64,000 nt of DNA from Eledone cirrhosa. Taxonomy: Eukaryota. Under the pieces are notes generated by a model that saw nothing but the letters and a program-made list of their open reading frames with translations, did no database searches and had not been told where the DNA came from. A program made the translations under genes and the position numbers. Positions 1-12,278 of this stretch are shown here, piece after piece. Position 1 is the first letter of the stretch. Each line of letters begins with the position of its first letter. The stretch spans positions 95,666,001-95,730,000 of the forward strand of contig OZ024745.1 of NCBI GenBank assembly GCA_964016885.1. Reading direction: 5' to 3'.

Positions 1-500
1 TTTTTTTTTCTCTAAAAATCATATTTTCCCTATCACCGCATTTTCTCTATCATATTTTCTTAAACAAAACAAATCTTGTATTTTCGTTTATTGTTAAATT
101 ATGTCCAAAATACGGCGATCTTATCCTAAATCTTACATTCTCGCTTAATTCTGTCATATTTTCATATTCTGTCGTATTTTCATAACAATACATCATGCTG
201 GTTCCTGCCCCCCCCCCCTCTCTATACATATAAGATAAACCCTACCAAAATTAATCAAAATCGCCAACTCGCTATTTCTGGGATGGCTGTTCATTCAATC
301 ACTATTCTATGTCCTAATTTCACACTATATCATATTTTCACCATTCTATATCATATTTTTTTCTCTAAAAATCATATTTTCCCTATCACCGCATTTTCTC
401 TATCGTATTTTCTTAAACAAAACAAATCTTGTATTTTCGTTTATTGTTAAATTATGTCCAAAATACGGCGATCTTATCTTAAACCTTACATTCTCGCTAA
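1..500 (+). repeat. Direct repeat, period 353 bp, upstream of the RTE ORF (probably tandem 5' UTR units)
   Basis: 1-145 is nearly identical to about 354-498 (CTCTAAAAATC at 10 and 363, continuing to TTACATTCTCGCT). Confidence 0.8.
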
Positions 501-734
501 CAACCCACCATCCCTCCCACCCGCCCCCACGCACCACCATTATTACGTGGACCAATCATAAGTCAGAGGCCCATACTATCGCTTAACTGGTTGCTTTTCG
601 ATATGATGGATGGACTACGGAATTCTGGAGAGTTGAAGAGAGAAAAATGTGGACGCTCAGCGACAATGCCAAAGATAAAGCCAAATTCACCTCGTGGACG
701 AGAATGCAAGCACTCCTCCTTGTTTCGGCCCAGG

Positions 735-3700
735 ATGGCTAACATAACCCCCCCCCCCCGCTCCCACCCTCCAAACGCAATCCAAAACTTCAGAGTTGGT
801 ACCATGAATGTAGGCACCTTAAAGGGTCGCTCTAACGAGGTTGTAGAGATGCTTGAACGTAAGGAGGTCGATGTTTGTTGTATTCAAGAGACCAGGTGGA
901 GGGGAGGGTCGGCTAGATTCGTCGTGGGTAAAGAACGATGCTATAAGCTTTTCTGGGTGGGAAATGACAATGGGTTGGGTGGGGTAGGAATCATGGTAGC
1001 AGAAAAGTGGGCAGATAAGATAATAGACGTAAATAGAGTGAACGACAGAATAATTAAAATAAGACTTGTCCTCAATAAAACTACGGTGACAGTAATATCT
1101 GCGTACGCACCCCAATCCGGACTGCCCGGCGCTATAAAAGACAGATTCTACGAGACACTGATGCTCGCTACCTCCCAAATAACCGACAGTGACTATATAG
1201 TTATTGCAGGCGACCTAAATGGTCACGTTGGACAACATTGTGACGGCTATGACGGAATACATGGAGGCTATGGGTTCGGTACTAGAAATGAGGAAGGCTC
1301 CAGAATCCTGGAATTCTGCGACGTAAATAACTTAACTATCTGTAACACTAACTTCAAAAAACGAGACAATCACTTGATCACCTATAGATCGGGGGAACAC
1401 ACAAGCCAGGTAGATTATATCCTTACCAGAAGACGTGACAGAGTGTCTGTTGTTAACACTAAATCCCTCCCCCATGAAGAATTCACCTCCCAACATAGAC
1501 TGATAATTAGCGACCTCATAGTCAGGACGAGACGTACTAGACAGCGGAAGAGGACTATCCTCAGGAGAAAAATATGGAAGCTAAAGGACCCCATAGACAG
1601 AAATAAATTTCAAAGCATATTACTTGACGCTTTCGACAGTAAGTAAGAGCAATTAGAGTCGTATAATATAGAGGAACAGTGGGAATTCCTGAGAGCAAAC
1701 CTGCTGACGGCGGCAGACAAAGTCTGTGGCTGGAGCAGGCCTGTAGGTAGGAGGAGAGTAACATGGTGGTGGAACAGTAAGGTGGAGGAGTCAATTAAGG
1801 CCAAAAAGCAGGCTTGGAAAGTATGGCGGGATGGGGGAAGTAGAGAAGACTATCAAGTGGCCAGGAGGGAAGCTAGGAGACAAGTGTACTTCGCAAGAAG
1901 GGAAGCAGAGGAAAGAAAGTTCAAGCATGTTCTACAACGTGAGGACCAAAAACGTGAGGTGTTCAGGATTGCCAGGCAATGTGTCAAGGAAAACCGTGAT
2001 ATTGTCGGGGAGAAGTGTGTACTTAACGATGATGGCATACTTGCCATCACCGACGCTGATAAGAAGGTAGCTTGGAAGTGTCACTACGAAAGGCTTCTAA
2101 ATGAGGAGAACAAATGGGAGAAAGACAGTCTCCCCCACATCGACCCAATAGAGGGACCAGCAGTGTTAGTCCAGGGTAGTACAATAAGCAAGGCAATCAA
2201 AGATATGAAGACGGGTAAGGCGGCTGGTCCTTCGGAAATAGTTGCTGAGATGCTGAAGGCATCTGGTTCGGTGGGACACACCATGGTCACCCGGATAGTT
2301 AACCAAGTCGTACAGAATGGGGTTGTTCCGAAGGACTGGCGTAGCAGCATCATCGTTAACTGCTATAAGGGAAAAGGAGATGCCCTAGATAGGAGTAACT
2401 ATAGAGGCATTAAATTAATCGACCAGGTCATGAAGGTCACGGAAAAAGTAATAGCGCAACTAATCAGAGAGAGAATTGATCTAGATGAAATGCAGTTCGG
2501 GTTTGTGTCAGGCAAAAGTACCACAGACGCTCTTTTCATTGTACGACAACTACAGGAGAAGTACCTAGCTAAAAGTAAACCCCTATACTTAGCTTTCGTC
2601 GACTTGGAGAAAGCCTTCGACAGAGTCCCCCGTTCCATTATCTGGTGGTCTCTTAGAAAACTAGGTGTTGACGAATGGCTTGTGAGAGCTATACAAGCCA
2701 TGTATAAAGAAACAGTCAGTAAGGTTAGAATTAACAACGAATATAGTGAAGAGTTTAGCGTAAAAGTTGGTGTCCATCAGGGCTCTGTTCTTAGCCCCCT
2801 ACTATTTATTATTGCCCTTCAGGCTATAACAGAGGAGTTCAAGACCGGCTGCCCATGGGAACTCCTATACGCAGATGATCTAACGCTCATAGCTGAATCA
2901 ATGACCGAACTAGAGAAGAAATTCCAAACATGGAAGCACGGCCTAGAATCAAAAGGCCTTAAAATTAACCTGGCTAAGACTAAAGTTCTAGTTTGTAGGA
3001 AAGAAAATAAGGCGGCGGTCCCATCTGGGAAATGGCCATGCTCAGTGTGTAGGAAAGGCGTAGGTAGAAACTCCATTTTATGTCCCAAATGCAAAGTATG
3101 GGTGCATAAAAGATGTAGTGGGATCACAGGTAAGCTAACTAAGAACATAGATTTTACATGTGGCCGGTGCTCTGGTGCAATAAGTAGCAGCAAGTGCCCA
3201 CAAAATACTAGCTCCTTCAACTGCGCAGAGGGTTCTATAGAAATAGTGGACAGCTTCCGTTACCTGGGTGACAAAATCAGCAGTGGGGGAGGGTGCTCTG
3301 AAAGTACAGTAGCTAGAGTCAGAACTGGATGGAAAAAGTTCAGAGAGCTTATACCACTATTAGCCGCTAGAGGGTTCTCCCTAAAAATGAAAGGCAGGTT
3401 ATACGATGCCTGCATACGAACAGCAATGCTGCATGGCAGTGAGACCTGGGCATTGTGTGCAGAGGATATACGCAAACTAGAGAGGAACGAAGCTTGCATG
3501 CTCCTCTGGATGTGCAATAGTAATATACGTGAACGGCAAAGCATAAACGAACTAAGGAAAAAATTAGAAATAAGAGGGATCAGATGTTGTTTACTCGAGA
3601 GAAGGCTACGTTGGTACGGTCACGTGATGCGCATGAAAGACGACAGCTGTATAACAAAGTGCAGGGCAATAAAGATAGACGGTAGCCACGGAGTAGGCAG

Positions 3701-3824
3701 ACCCAGAAAAACATGGGACGAGCTGATAAATTCCGACCTCACACGCTTACACCTCTCCAAGACAATGTCACTGGACCGAGACCTTTGGCGGTACTCAGTA
3801 ATAGAGAAGACCCACCTTACCTAA
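735..3824 (+). pseudogene. RTE ORF: AP endonuclease + reverse transcriptase with internal PHD finger; one in-frame TAA at 1644-1646
   Basis: APE motifs GTMNVGTL, CCIQETRW, SAYAPQ, AGDLNGHVG, SQVDYIL, SQHRL; RT motifs [35 protein letters not shown]; RTE C-terminus RRLRWYGHV..GRPRKTW. Track ORFs 591 and 1782 share a frame and the gap reads open after the stop (EQLESYNIEEQWEFL..TWWWNSKV). Confidence 0.93.
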
Positions 3825-4384
3825 ATACAAAGTAAAAACCTACTACAGTCAGTAGGCATCTCTATCAAAACACACCCCCGTCCCACCACCTCCACCCCAT
3901 CCACACCGCCCCTTTCAATGTAAAGTTATGTTGGTCCCACAACATCCAGGCCGAAACAAATGAGATCGTGTAGGTGTCACGACAAAAAACACACAGTCCA
4001 CGCTGTAAATGTGGCCGTGTAGGCAACACGGTAAAAACCTCCCAGCCCCACACTGTAAATGTGGTTGGTGTTAGGAAGGGCATCCAGCTGTAGAAAACCC
4101 GCCAGACAGTCCACGCTGTAATGTGGCCGTGTAGACAACACGGTAAAAACCTCCCAGCCCCACACTGTAAATGTGGTTGGTGTTAGGAAGGGCATCCAAC
4201 TGTAGAAAACCCGCCAGACAGTCCTATGCGAGCAAGACAACCACTCTTGCCTCAAGTGGGAAAACCCCCGTCCAAACCCATGCAAGCGTGGAACACGGAC
4301 GCTAAACCTGATGATGATGATGATGATGATACATATCTCTCTCTATATATATATAGAGAGAGGGGGGGGGATAGATAGATATCA

Positions 4385-4960
4385 CCATCATTGACGAGCC
4401 TTTTCAAGTATAGCATTATTTCACTTGTTAGGCCCTTTTGTCATCTCCTTTGTGAGCTTTAGTAATTTGGGATCACCTCTGAAATCTCTGCCTTGGTCTT
4501 CCTCAACTGTAGTTTGCTTCCACTGGGAATATCTTAGCAATTCATCTCCCAACAATCATCACCCATAGGTGTCACATGTCTATACCTGCAAACTTTTCTT
4601 TCTTGCTCACTATATCTTATTCTTCTTATACCTGGTTTTCTCACAGATCTTCCATGTTTTGTTGTCCACACACATGAACATTGTACATTCATTGAAACAT
4701 GTTTGCTTCATTTCTTTTCAACATTTGCATATGTTTTGTATTCACTGCCCATGCCTCACTGTCTTGTAGCATCACACATCACATGCAGGCATCATACAGC
4801 TGACCTTTTGTTTAAGAGAGAAACATTTTATTGTCAACAGAAATAGTAGTTCCAAGGCCTTTTTTTCCTTCCTGTCCTTATTCTAGCTACTATACTTACA
4901 GATCAGTTTCCTCCACTGCCAATTATGTCAATAGAGCCTTCCTAGGATTGGATAAAGTTT
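4385..4960 (-). mobile_element. Old, heavily decayed RTE fragment
   Basis: Reverse strand near 4780-4860 reads ELLFLLTIKCFSLKQ(frameshift)KGQLYDACM, homologous to ELIPLLAARGFSLKMKGRLYDACI of family A; boundaries approximate. Confidence 0.55.
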
Positions 4961-7900
4961 ATTCCTCTAATGCTCTTAATACCAAATATCTTTGCACATC
5001 TGCCACACACACATATACATATATATATATCACTGAATGGTATTCCATTGAAAATTGAAAGGAACCACAAAGTAAGGTACTCAAATCTTCTCAAATAGAG
5101 AGGGTACACTCATTTATTAAAATCCCGCTCTTACATAACAAGTTCAGTTTCTTTCAGTTAATAATTTGTGATAGTGATGGCTTTTTGCCAATTCCTTACT
5201 TATATAAGTTACTGATTAGGTAGAGCCAAGATATGGCAAAGTTACCAGACATTTATACAAGTGGCTAAAACAGGCATTGTTACACATTTAACAGAAAATA
5301 TGACAAGTCAAAAGATCACATACCAGAGACATATAGAAACACACACATGTAAAAACATGTGTGATTGATTATGTTTGCATTTGTATATATTTCCATCTCT
5401 GTATATGTATATCAGTATCATTGTCATTGTATATAATATCTATGCTGCTTGAGTATATGATTGTATGTTTATATAGACATGTGAGTGTCAGTAACTATTC
5501 CTAACTGCACAGTGGATACGGTGGAATTAAAACCTTATCATACAACACCCAGCCCTCCACATTTCAGATGGTAACTTGCTACCTTGGCTGAAGTAAGCTA
5601 CAATGGTTACCAAATTACAAGTTTTCACTGTTTCATTAGTTACGACTTCATATTTCTGTAAAGAGTAATAGTATTCAATAATGACAGTAAAATGATAGGA
5701 TCCATATTGTGCAACAATACCAAGTAATTTAGTTTTTAGATTTCTCTCAGTTTACATTTTACATTTCAAAGGATTCTAAGTAACTTTTACTCAATATAAA
5801 AAACAAAGATAATCATAAATTTCCATACACCCCCCACCCCACCTATCTCATTCTCATGTATTGACTTTAATCCATTTCGTTTACTTTCTTTTTTCATTTA
5901 CTGCATTATAATTATATCTAATAGACTCATTCACAATCACAACACCACATAAATGGACATATAAGAAAGCCGTAAAGTTTATTTATCTACTGAATGTAAC
6001 TGAAATCTCCCTTAACAAATTATTTAAAAGTGAGATTACAAGTTTTAATTCAAAATTGTAGAATAACATGCCCACAATGAAATAAAATAATTAAATCACT
6101 AATCAAAAGCTTTACATAATTAGCTACCTCTGTGCTGCCTGGGTACCAGGTTCTATTTAACAATCACATTATAACAATGTACAGGTATTTTAAAGGGCTT
6201 TTTTTTTAGTGCTAAAGCAGAAGTTAGCCTTGTGGGGCTGGCTCATGGTAGATTTAATACTCATCATGAAGTTTTTTTTTTATGTTTACAGCCATCTGAC
6301 TTACTGATGCCAAACCTTTTTGTCCTTTTTTATGACATTCAGGGATACATGGACCTCTGTTGGTTTAAAGGATGAGTATTCCAGTTATCTGATCAATCAC
6401 CTGTACCTTTAACATACTTCTAAGTGAGATTCAGTATGAATCTGTGTGTGACAAAGCTGGCTTTTGCCTTATAAGTACAGTCCATTTGATGGGCTTCCTA
6501 ACACTTTCTGTCTACCCAATTTCACTCATATGGCATATATTGATCCAATCCTATAGTAAATGACTTTTGCCCAAGATATCATGCAGTGGGCTTGAACCCA
6601 AATCTAATGATTGTGAAATAAACTTTTTAACTATTTGACCATTCTAAACCAGAAACACACAGAAAGGCCAACGATTTACAATTGTTTCATCAATCATAGC
6701 TATAAGAATATTTTATATGCATAACATTGGTGTAGAAATCAAATTAACTAAAACCTACAAAACAGTCGATGGCAATATTTTAACTGAAAGACAATGAATA
6801 GCCAGCAGAAGAAATAAATTAATTCTATTCAATATTAGAAGAATGAAGTTTTTAAAATATTGTTTATAAAAAGTATTATTTTATGATAAATTTAGATAAG
6901 TAAACTAGATTTTTATACCTCATCTATTATTGTTTTCATATGTTTATCAATAGAGTTATAGTTGCTAAGTTAAGTTCTTAAATTTTAAATCATAGTTTCA
7001 AACTCTTTCAAAGGTAATTGCTTTTGTTTCTTATTATGGCGCTTTACTCTATTTGCTTCATTATACCTTGTCTGGAAATAATTACCTTCTATTTCACATG
7101 TTTAATATAAACATATATATAGTTTTATTTTGTAGTAGAGTTATATAAACATACAGAAAAAGAGAGCAGCTTTGGAAAGGACTATAAACGCCATAAATAA
7201 GAGAAAAAGGAGGGGAAGAGCAAGAACTACTAGACAAAGGAAGAAAGAAAGGGGGAGGGAGCATCAGTGAAATAAACTTTATGCAATCGCAGTAAGTCTC
7301 CTTAGAAATGGCTGTGTTTAATATTATAAGTAGGAAAACTTCAATCAATTGAAATTAAACTTGTAATTTAAAGACAAAAACTCCCTTTAGGTGTTGCTTA
7401 AGTAAAAAAAAAGAAAAGAAAGGGAGGTAACTCTCACAATATCTAAACTGTTTGGAACAATTTAAACAATGCATTAAGGAGTGCACTTTGTCTTAATGCC
7501 AGCTGGTGAAAACAAAGGACATATTTCGATCTGGGTTAGATCTCAGTGAAGCACGTTTATTTAGTAGTTGGCCTTTAATTAGAATGGTCTCAATTTACAT
7601 ATATGAGAAATGGAAGAGAGATAGCAAGCAGGCTACGTATGTCAAAAATATCTCAGGTGAGAATTTGACATGATGTAAATATATATGTATAATAGAGTCT
7701 TATGCTATTACATATTAAGAATTTCATATTACAAAACACCCAATAGTTGCTATTAACAGAACAATCCAAATCATGATAAAATAAAAATTATGTGAAAAAT
7801 TAGAAACCTCCTCCAGAATAAACTACTTATTTCTATTTAGAAACTATAATCGATGTTGGATTAAGCAAATTAAATAGATTCTCACTTTTAAACCACAGAA

Positions 7901-8095
7901 TGAGTTCTATAAACATACAAGAAAGATATCAGAATGTAAAAATAAACAAGAAAAATCAACACTATAACTTTAAGTAAAGTGCAAAGCAATATCTATGAGT
8001 TATAAATTAGAAAATGAAAACTTAATAAGAAACACCAATAGATATAAAAATGTTAATGGTACTGTTGGGATACAATATTTCTTTACAGAAATTAA

Positions 8096-8199
8096 TCTTT
8101 GAGAGTGAACATTTTATGAAAACAAAGGCTCTGACTATTTACAGTTGACATTTTTTATTTCAACTCTTTTCATCATCATCATCATTGTTTAACGTCTAA

Positions 8200-8237
<38 letters not shown>

Positions 8238-8296
8238 GTCAACTCCAAATAATTAGAGCCTTTGTTTTCATAAAATGTTCATGGAATCTCAAAAGA
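8096..8296. repeat. Inverted repeat (about 55 bp arms) enclosing two outward-facing RTE/SINE (GAT)n tails
   Basis: TGAACATTTTATGAAAACAAAGGCTCT..AGTTGAC versus GTCAACT..AGAGCCTTTGTTTTCATAAAATGTTCA; centre (CAT)n-TGTTTAACGTC-TAAA(TGA)n. Confidence 0.8.
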
Positions 8297-11200
8297 GGCA
8301 ACTACCTCAGATAAAAGAATCAAACCTTTACTGTTTTACAATAGTATTTCTGATAGATTTTGTGGATATGTGAAATTTCAGCTGCAGTAGCTCCGATTCT
8401 TGTTTCGAGTTTGTGTGTTTGTTGTTTATTATGGTATTGCTTCAGGTTTCCACCTTCCTCCACAAATAGAAGTAAACATATACACATGCATACACCAGGT
8501 CTGAATACAGAGGGGCCGAACTCCCACTGTCATCGCCTCCATCTCTCTCGCCCACTCCATCTCTCACTATTATGAGCAAATCTGGTCCCACACGTTGGCC
8601 GCCCCATATACGATTGTTTTCTTTACCACAATGAAACTGTTATATAAACTGTATTTTAAATACATAGGTATTGATCTCTTTTTGTTATATTTTCTAATTT
8701 TCGCACAAATAAGAATAAAAATATTTCAATTCAACTAATGATTGTCGATAGTATATTTGATATTTATTGAAGTTTTTGCGTGTTTTGGTATCAATCTGTC
8801 TAAAAGCTAATTACTTGATGGAAAATTTCTCTCTTACCAGTAGCAATCAATTTTTGGTACACCAATATGCATCTTTTTGCTTCTAACACCATTAATATAA
8901 CAAATCCAACTTTTATATTGGTGACATTCATTTCAGTCCCATTAAAAGCTACATACCTTCCTAATGATTTCATCTCTTGCTAAACATAATATTTTCTAAA
9001 CACTAAACATACTCCACAATAAAACAGCTTACATATTGAATTCTTCTTCTGTACACATATTTTTACCACTTACTATTTCTTACTACAAATAAAACAGTTA
9101 CTATATTAATTTCAAGAAATCTGTATATCTTTAGACAAGTTGAGAACATGTCTACTCAAAAATCAAGACAAATCCATATTTTTATGACAATCACATGTTT
9201 TAAGTGGTAGCTAATGCTTGCCTACAGCACTAAATGTTTTCTCTTACTTTCGTAAACCAACAGACAGAACCAAATTAGTCTTTTAATATTAAATTCCTGA
9301 GATAAAACTAAAAGTAACACCAAAGAATACACATTAAATGTATGTGAATGCCATAACATAGTTTATATACAGGACACCTGTTTACAAAATACAACTGAGA
9401 TTTAAAATCCATGTATCCTTATTTAAGGTGCAAATCTAAATAAATATGCTGCACAAATGAGCACACACTGACACATAATAAGCAACAGTACAATCATTAA
9501 AAACAGTCAAAAATTACTACTTTGATCAGTCAAAAATTACTACTTTGATCAGTTAATATTAGAAGTAGTTCTGTTTTATGTCAAAGGAGAATACAATGAA
9601 TGAAATGGTAGAGTGCTGGAATAAATACTTCATTGTATTTAGTTGTATATTTTGGCATTCTCAGTTCAAAATCTGTCATGCTGGATTTGCTTTTCATCTT
9701 TACTTTACTTGCTCTTGGGTTAATGCCAGAAGTTACTATATTTTATAACTAATTTCGATGTAAACCACCTTTTAAATAGAGGTTTCACTGAGAAGACTTT
9801 TGAGAAGAGAAGACTGATACTATAATCTGTGTTAGATACAAATCTCTTGTTAGATATAGATCTGTGTCTCATACAATGTATTCTGTAACTAGAGACCACC
9901 TCTGTTGTAACTTTTTCTTTTCATTCAATATGGATTAAGTGATGCAGTTAGAAACTTGGCACATCAGACTAAGTTCTTTGGTATCAAGCCACCAATCTTC
10001 ACATCACGCAAAGAAAAGTTATGGCTTTAAAAGACAAATTAACCATTGAGATGAAAAAGATTATTAATAGAAAAAAGAAAAAAAAACCACAACATATTTG
10101 AAACCTAAAGCCAGCATTTTTAATGTTTAAATAATCAAGAACTCTTCAACTGTTTAAATAATGATAAACATCAGCAGAAAAATAATGTTCTCAAAATAAA
10201 GCCATCTGAGAACATTAAGAAGTTCAATGAGGTAGTCATATGAAAGTGTTTTATTCCACTACATGAAAATGAATTTATTCTCAGAGTATAAAACTTTATT
10301 TTCCCTTTGATATTAAGCTAAACAAAAGAAGCCAAATTGTTCTGCAGTTCAGCAGAAAAGTCCCAAGACACAGAAGTCACTCTCTTATGCATTAATGATG
10401 ATTTCTTTGTTCCTCAATCAGTAAGTTATTTCTCGTCTTTTAAGACTTCAAATAATGTCTACAGAAATAGTATATACTAATTTATTAGTAAATGCTCATT
10501 AATATCTCTCAAATTAAAAAGGCTAAATTACTGGACAAATTGCATTATAGTATTGAATCTTATTTTAAATCTTGCAAATATCTACCTAGTATTTCCTTCA
10601 GCAAGACTGATAAAATAGCCAGTGGGGTTGATTCAAACGATAGCCTCTAATCTACAAACGCTGGCCAGTTTAAAGAAAATTCAAACATTCAAACTGATAT
10701 CATCTGCATGACTGTTTTCATACATTTCATATATGAAAGAACATATATAGATTTCATATATGTATTAGAAATATTAAATCAAAATTACAAGTTGGAATTC
10801 TTGATATTTTGATTCGTAGCAAGATAAACATCACTTTTAAATAGATTGCTAGAATAATCATACTAAACAAAGGAAAAGAAATATGAATCATCTTGCTTCT
10901 AAGTAAACAGAATTCCATAAAATAACTAAACAACATTAGAATAAAATGTGTTCAGCATATTAAAACAAAAATGAAACAATATCAATGTGATGTCCACCAG
11001 GCAATTTTAGACATACAGTTATACTCTTTATAACTAAATACATTTTCCATGTAGAAGACGCAGTGGCATACTTAAAATAACATTGTTTTAGAAATGATAC
11101 AATGCTAAAAACATAATTTAGATGCTGTTCCACATTTCAAAAGAGTTTACAAGCATGAAAACTCTCTAATAAAATATCTTTTTTTTATTTTTACAAGCAC

Positions 11201-12278
11201 ACGCTTTGCTTGTTAGATGGTTGGTGTTGGGAAGTGTGTCCAGCCATAGAAACCTTGCCAAATATAGAATGTAATGTGCAAGATGAGGTCACTCCAACTT
11301 GTCTGCTCTGAGATTGAAAACCCATCTATCTTGTGCCAGCAGGGAAAGCAGACAGAAAGTGATGATGATGATGATGGTGATGGTTGTGGTGGTGATGAAA
11401 CTGTCACACATGAAATGCACATAAGCTCAGTTGAACAGGTAAATTAAGGCAATGTTTTACATAATGGTAAAAATCCAGTAATTACATAAACCTTTAAACT
11501 TAAGTGATTGGCAATCTAACAATACCTTCAACACAGCCACTGTGTCTTTAGGAACATTACATATTATCCCACTAATTGTATTGCTATTGCTGTGATATCA
11601 GTTGTATTGCTATTACTGTGATATCAAAGCTATGAATGAAAGCTAATATTGAAAGATAAATATAAAGAGGTTGTGACATATCGCTGACATATCACAATAA
11701 TATGTCTTATTATCGGCAATTTTAGATAATTATATCAATTTCAAATACGAAAATTGTGTACCTCAAAGTGGATAAGTAAAATATTCAGTATATAAAAACA
11801 AAAATGAAAACCAAACTTCTTTTTGTTATATTTTGTTGCATCAATTAATTGAGAAATTAAACAATGAAACAAGAGAACAGCTGAATATGGACAAAAATCA
11901 ATAAAGTAGCTAAAAATAGCAATGAAATTGAATAACTGGAAAGAGATAAAATTTTATAAAATAATATTAAAATCTAAAATCAGAGAAGAAGTATGATCAA
12001 TTATTGTACAGGCAATGTTAATTATCATTACATTATCCTTATTTCAATTTGTTTTTATATATTTATCAGGATTTTAGATGTGCAGATGTATGAAATTTGA
12101 GATCATTCTTAAAATATTGTTCAGTAATATATATTTTAACACCTCTGTAAGTCATTATTACAAGGATCCTATCAATTGCATTATTCATTTTAAAGTCCTT
12201 AGCACAAAACAGATTAACTTTCAAACAATGCATAACCTCTATTACAGATTCAATTCAATAAGCTGACTTTCTTCACCT

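Larger units (their letters stand above)
1..4329 (+). mobile_element. RTE-clade non-LTR retrotransposon, family A, near full length (5' end may extend left of the window)
   Basis: Single long APE+RT reading frame, modular 3' UTR 3825-4308, ends in GGACGCTAAACC(TGA)n tail; sister copies at 21286, 28461 and 63840. Confidence 0.93.

Noticed and set aside
680-735. HDV-like ribozyme in the RTE 5' UTR (TCACCTCGTGG resembles a P3/L3 motif)
   Set aside because: No convincing P1, P1.1 or P2 pairing found by eye.
7190-7680. Enhancer-like stretch with TAAT, ACAAAG and CAGCTG motifs
   Set aside because: Short motifs are expected by chance in AT-rich DNA; needs conservation or chromatin data.
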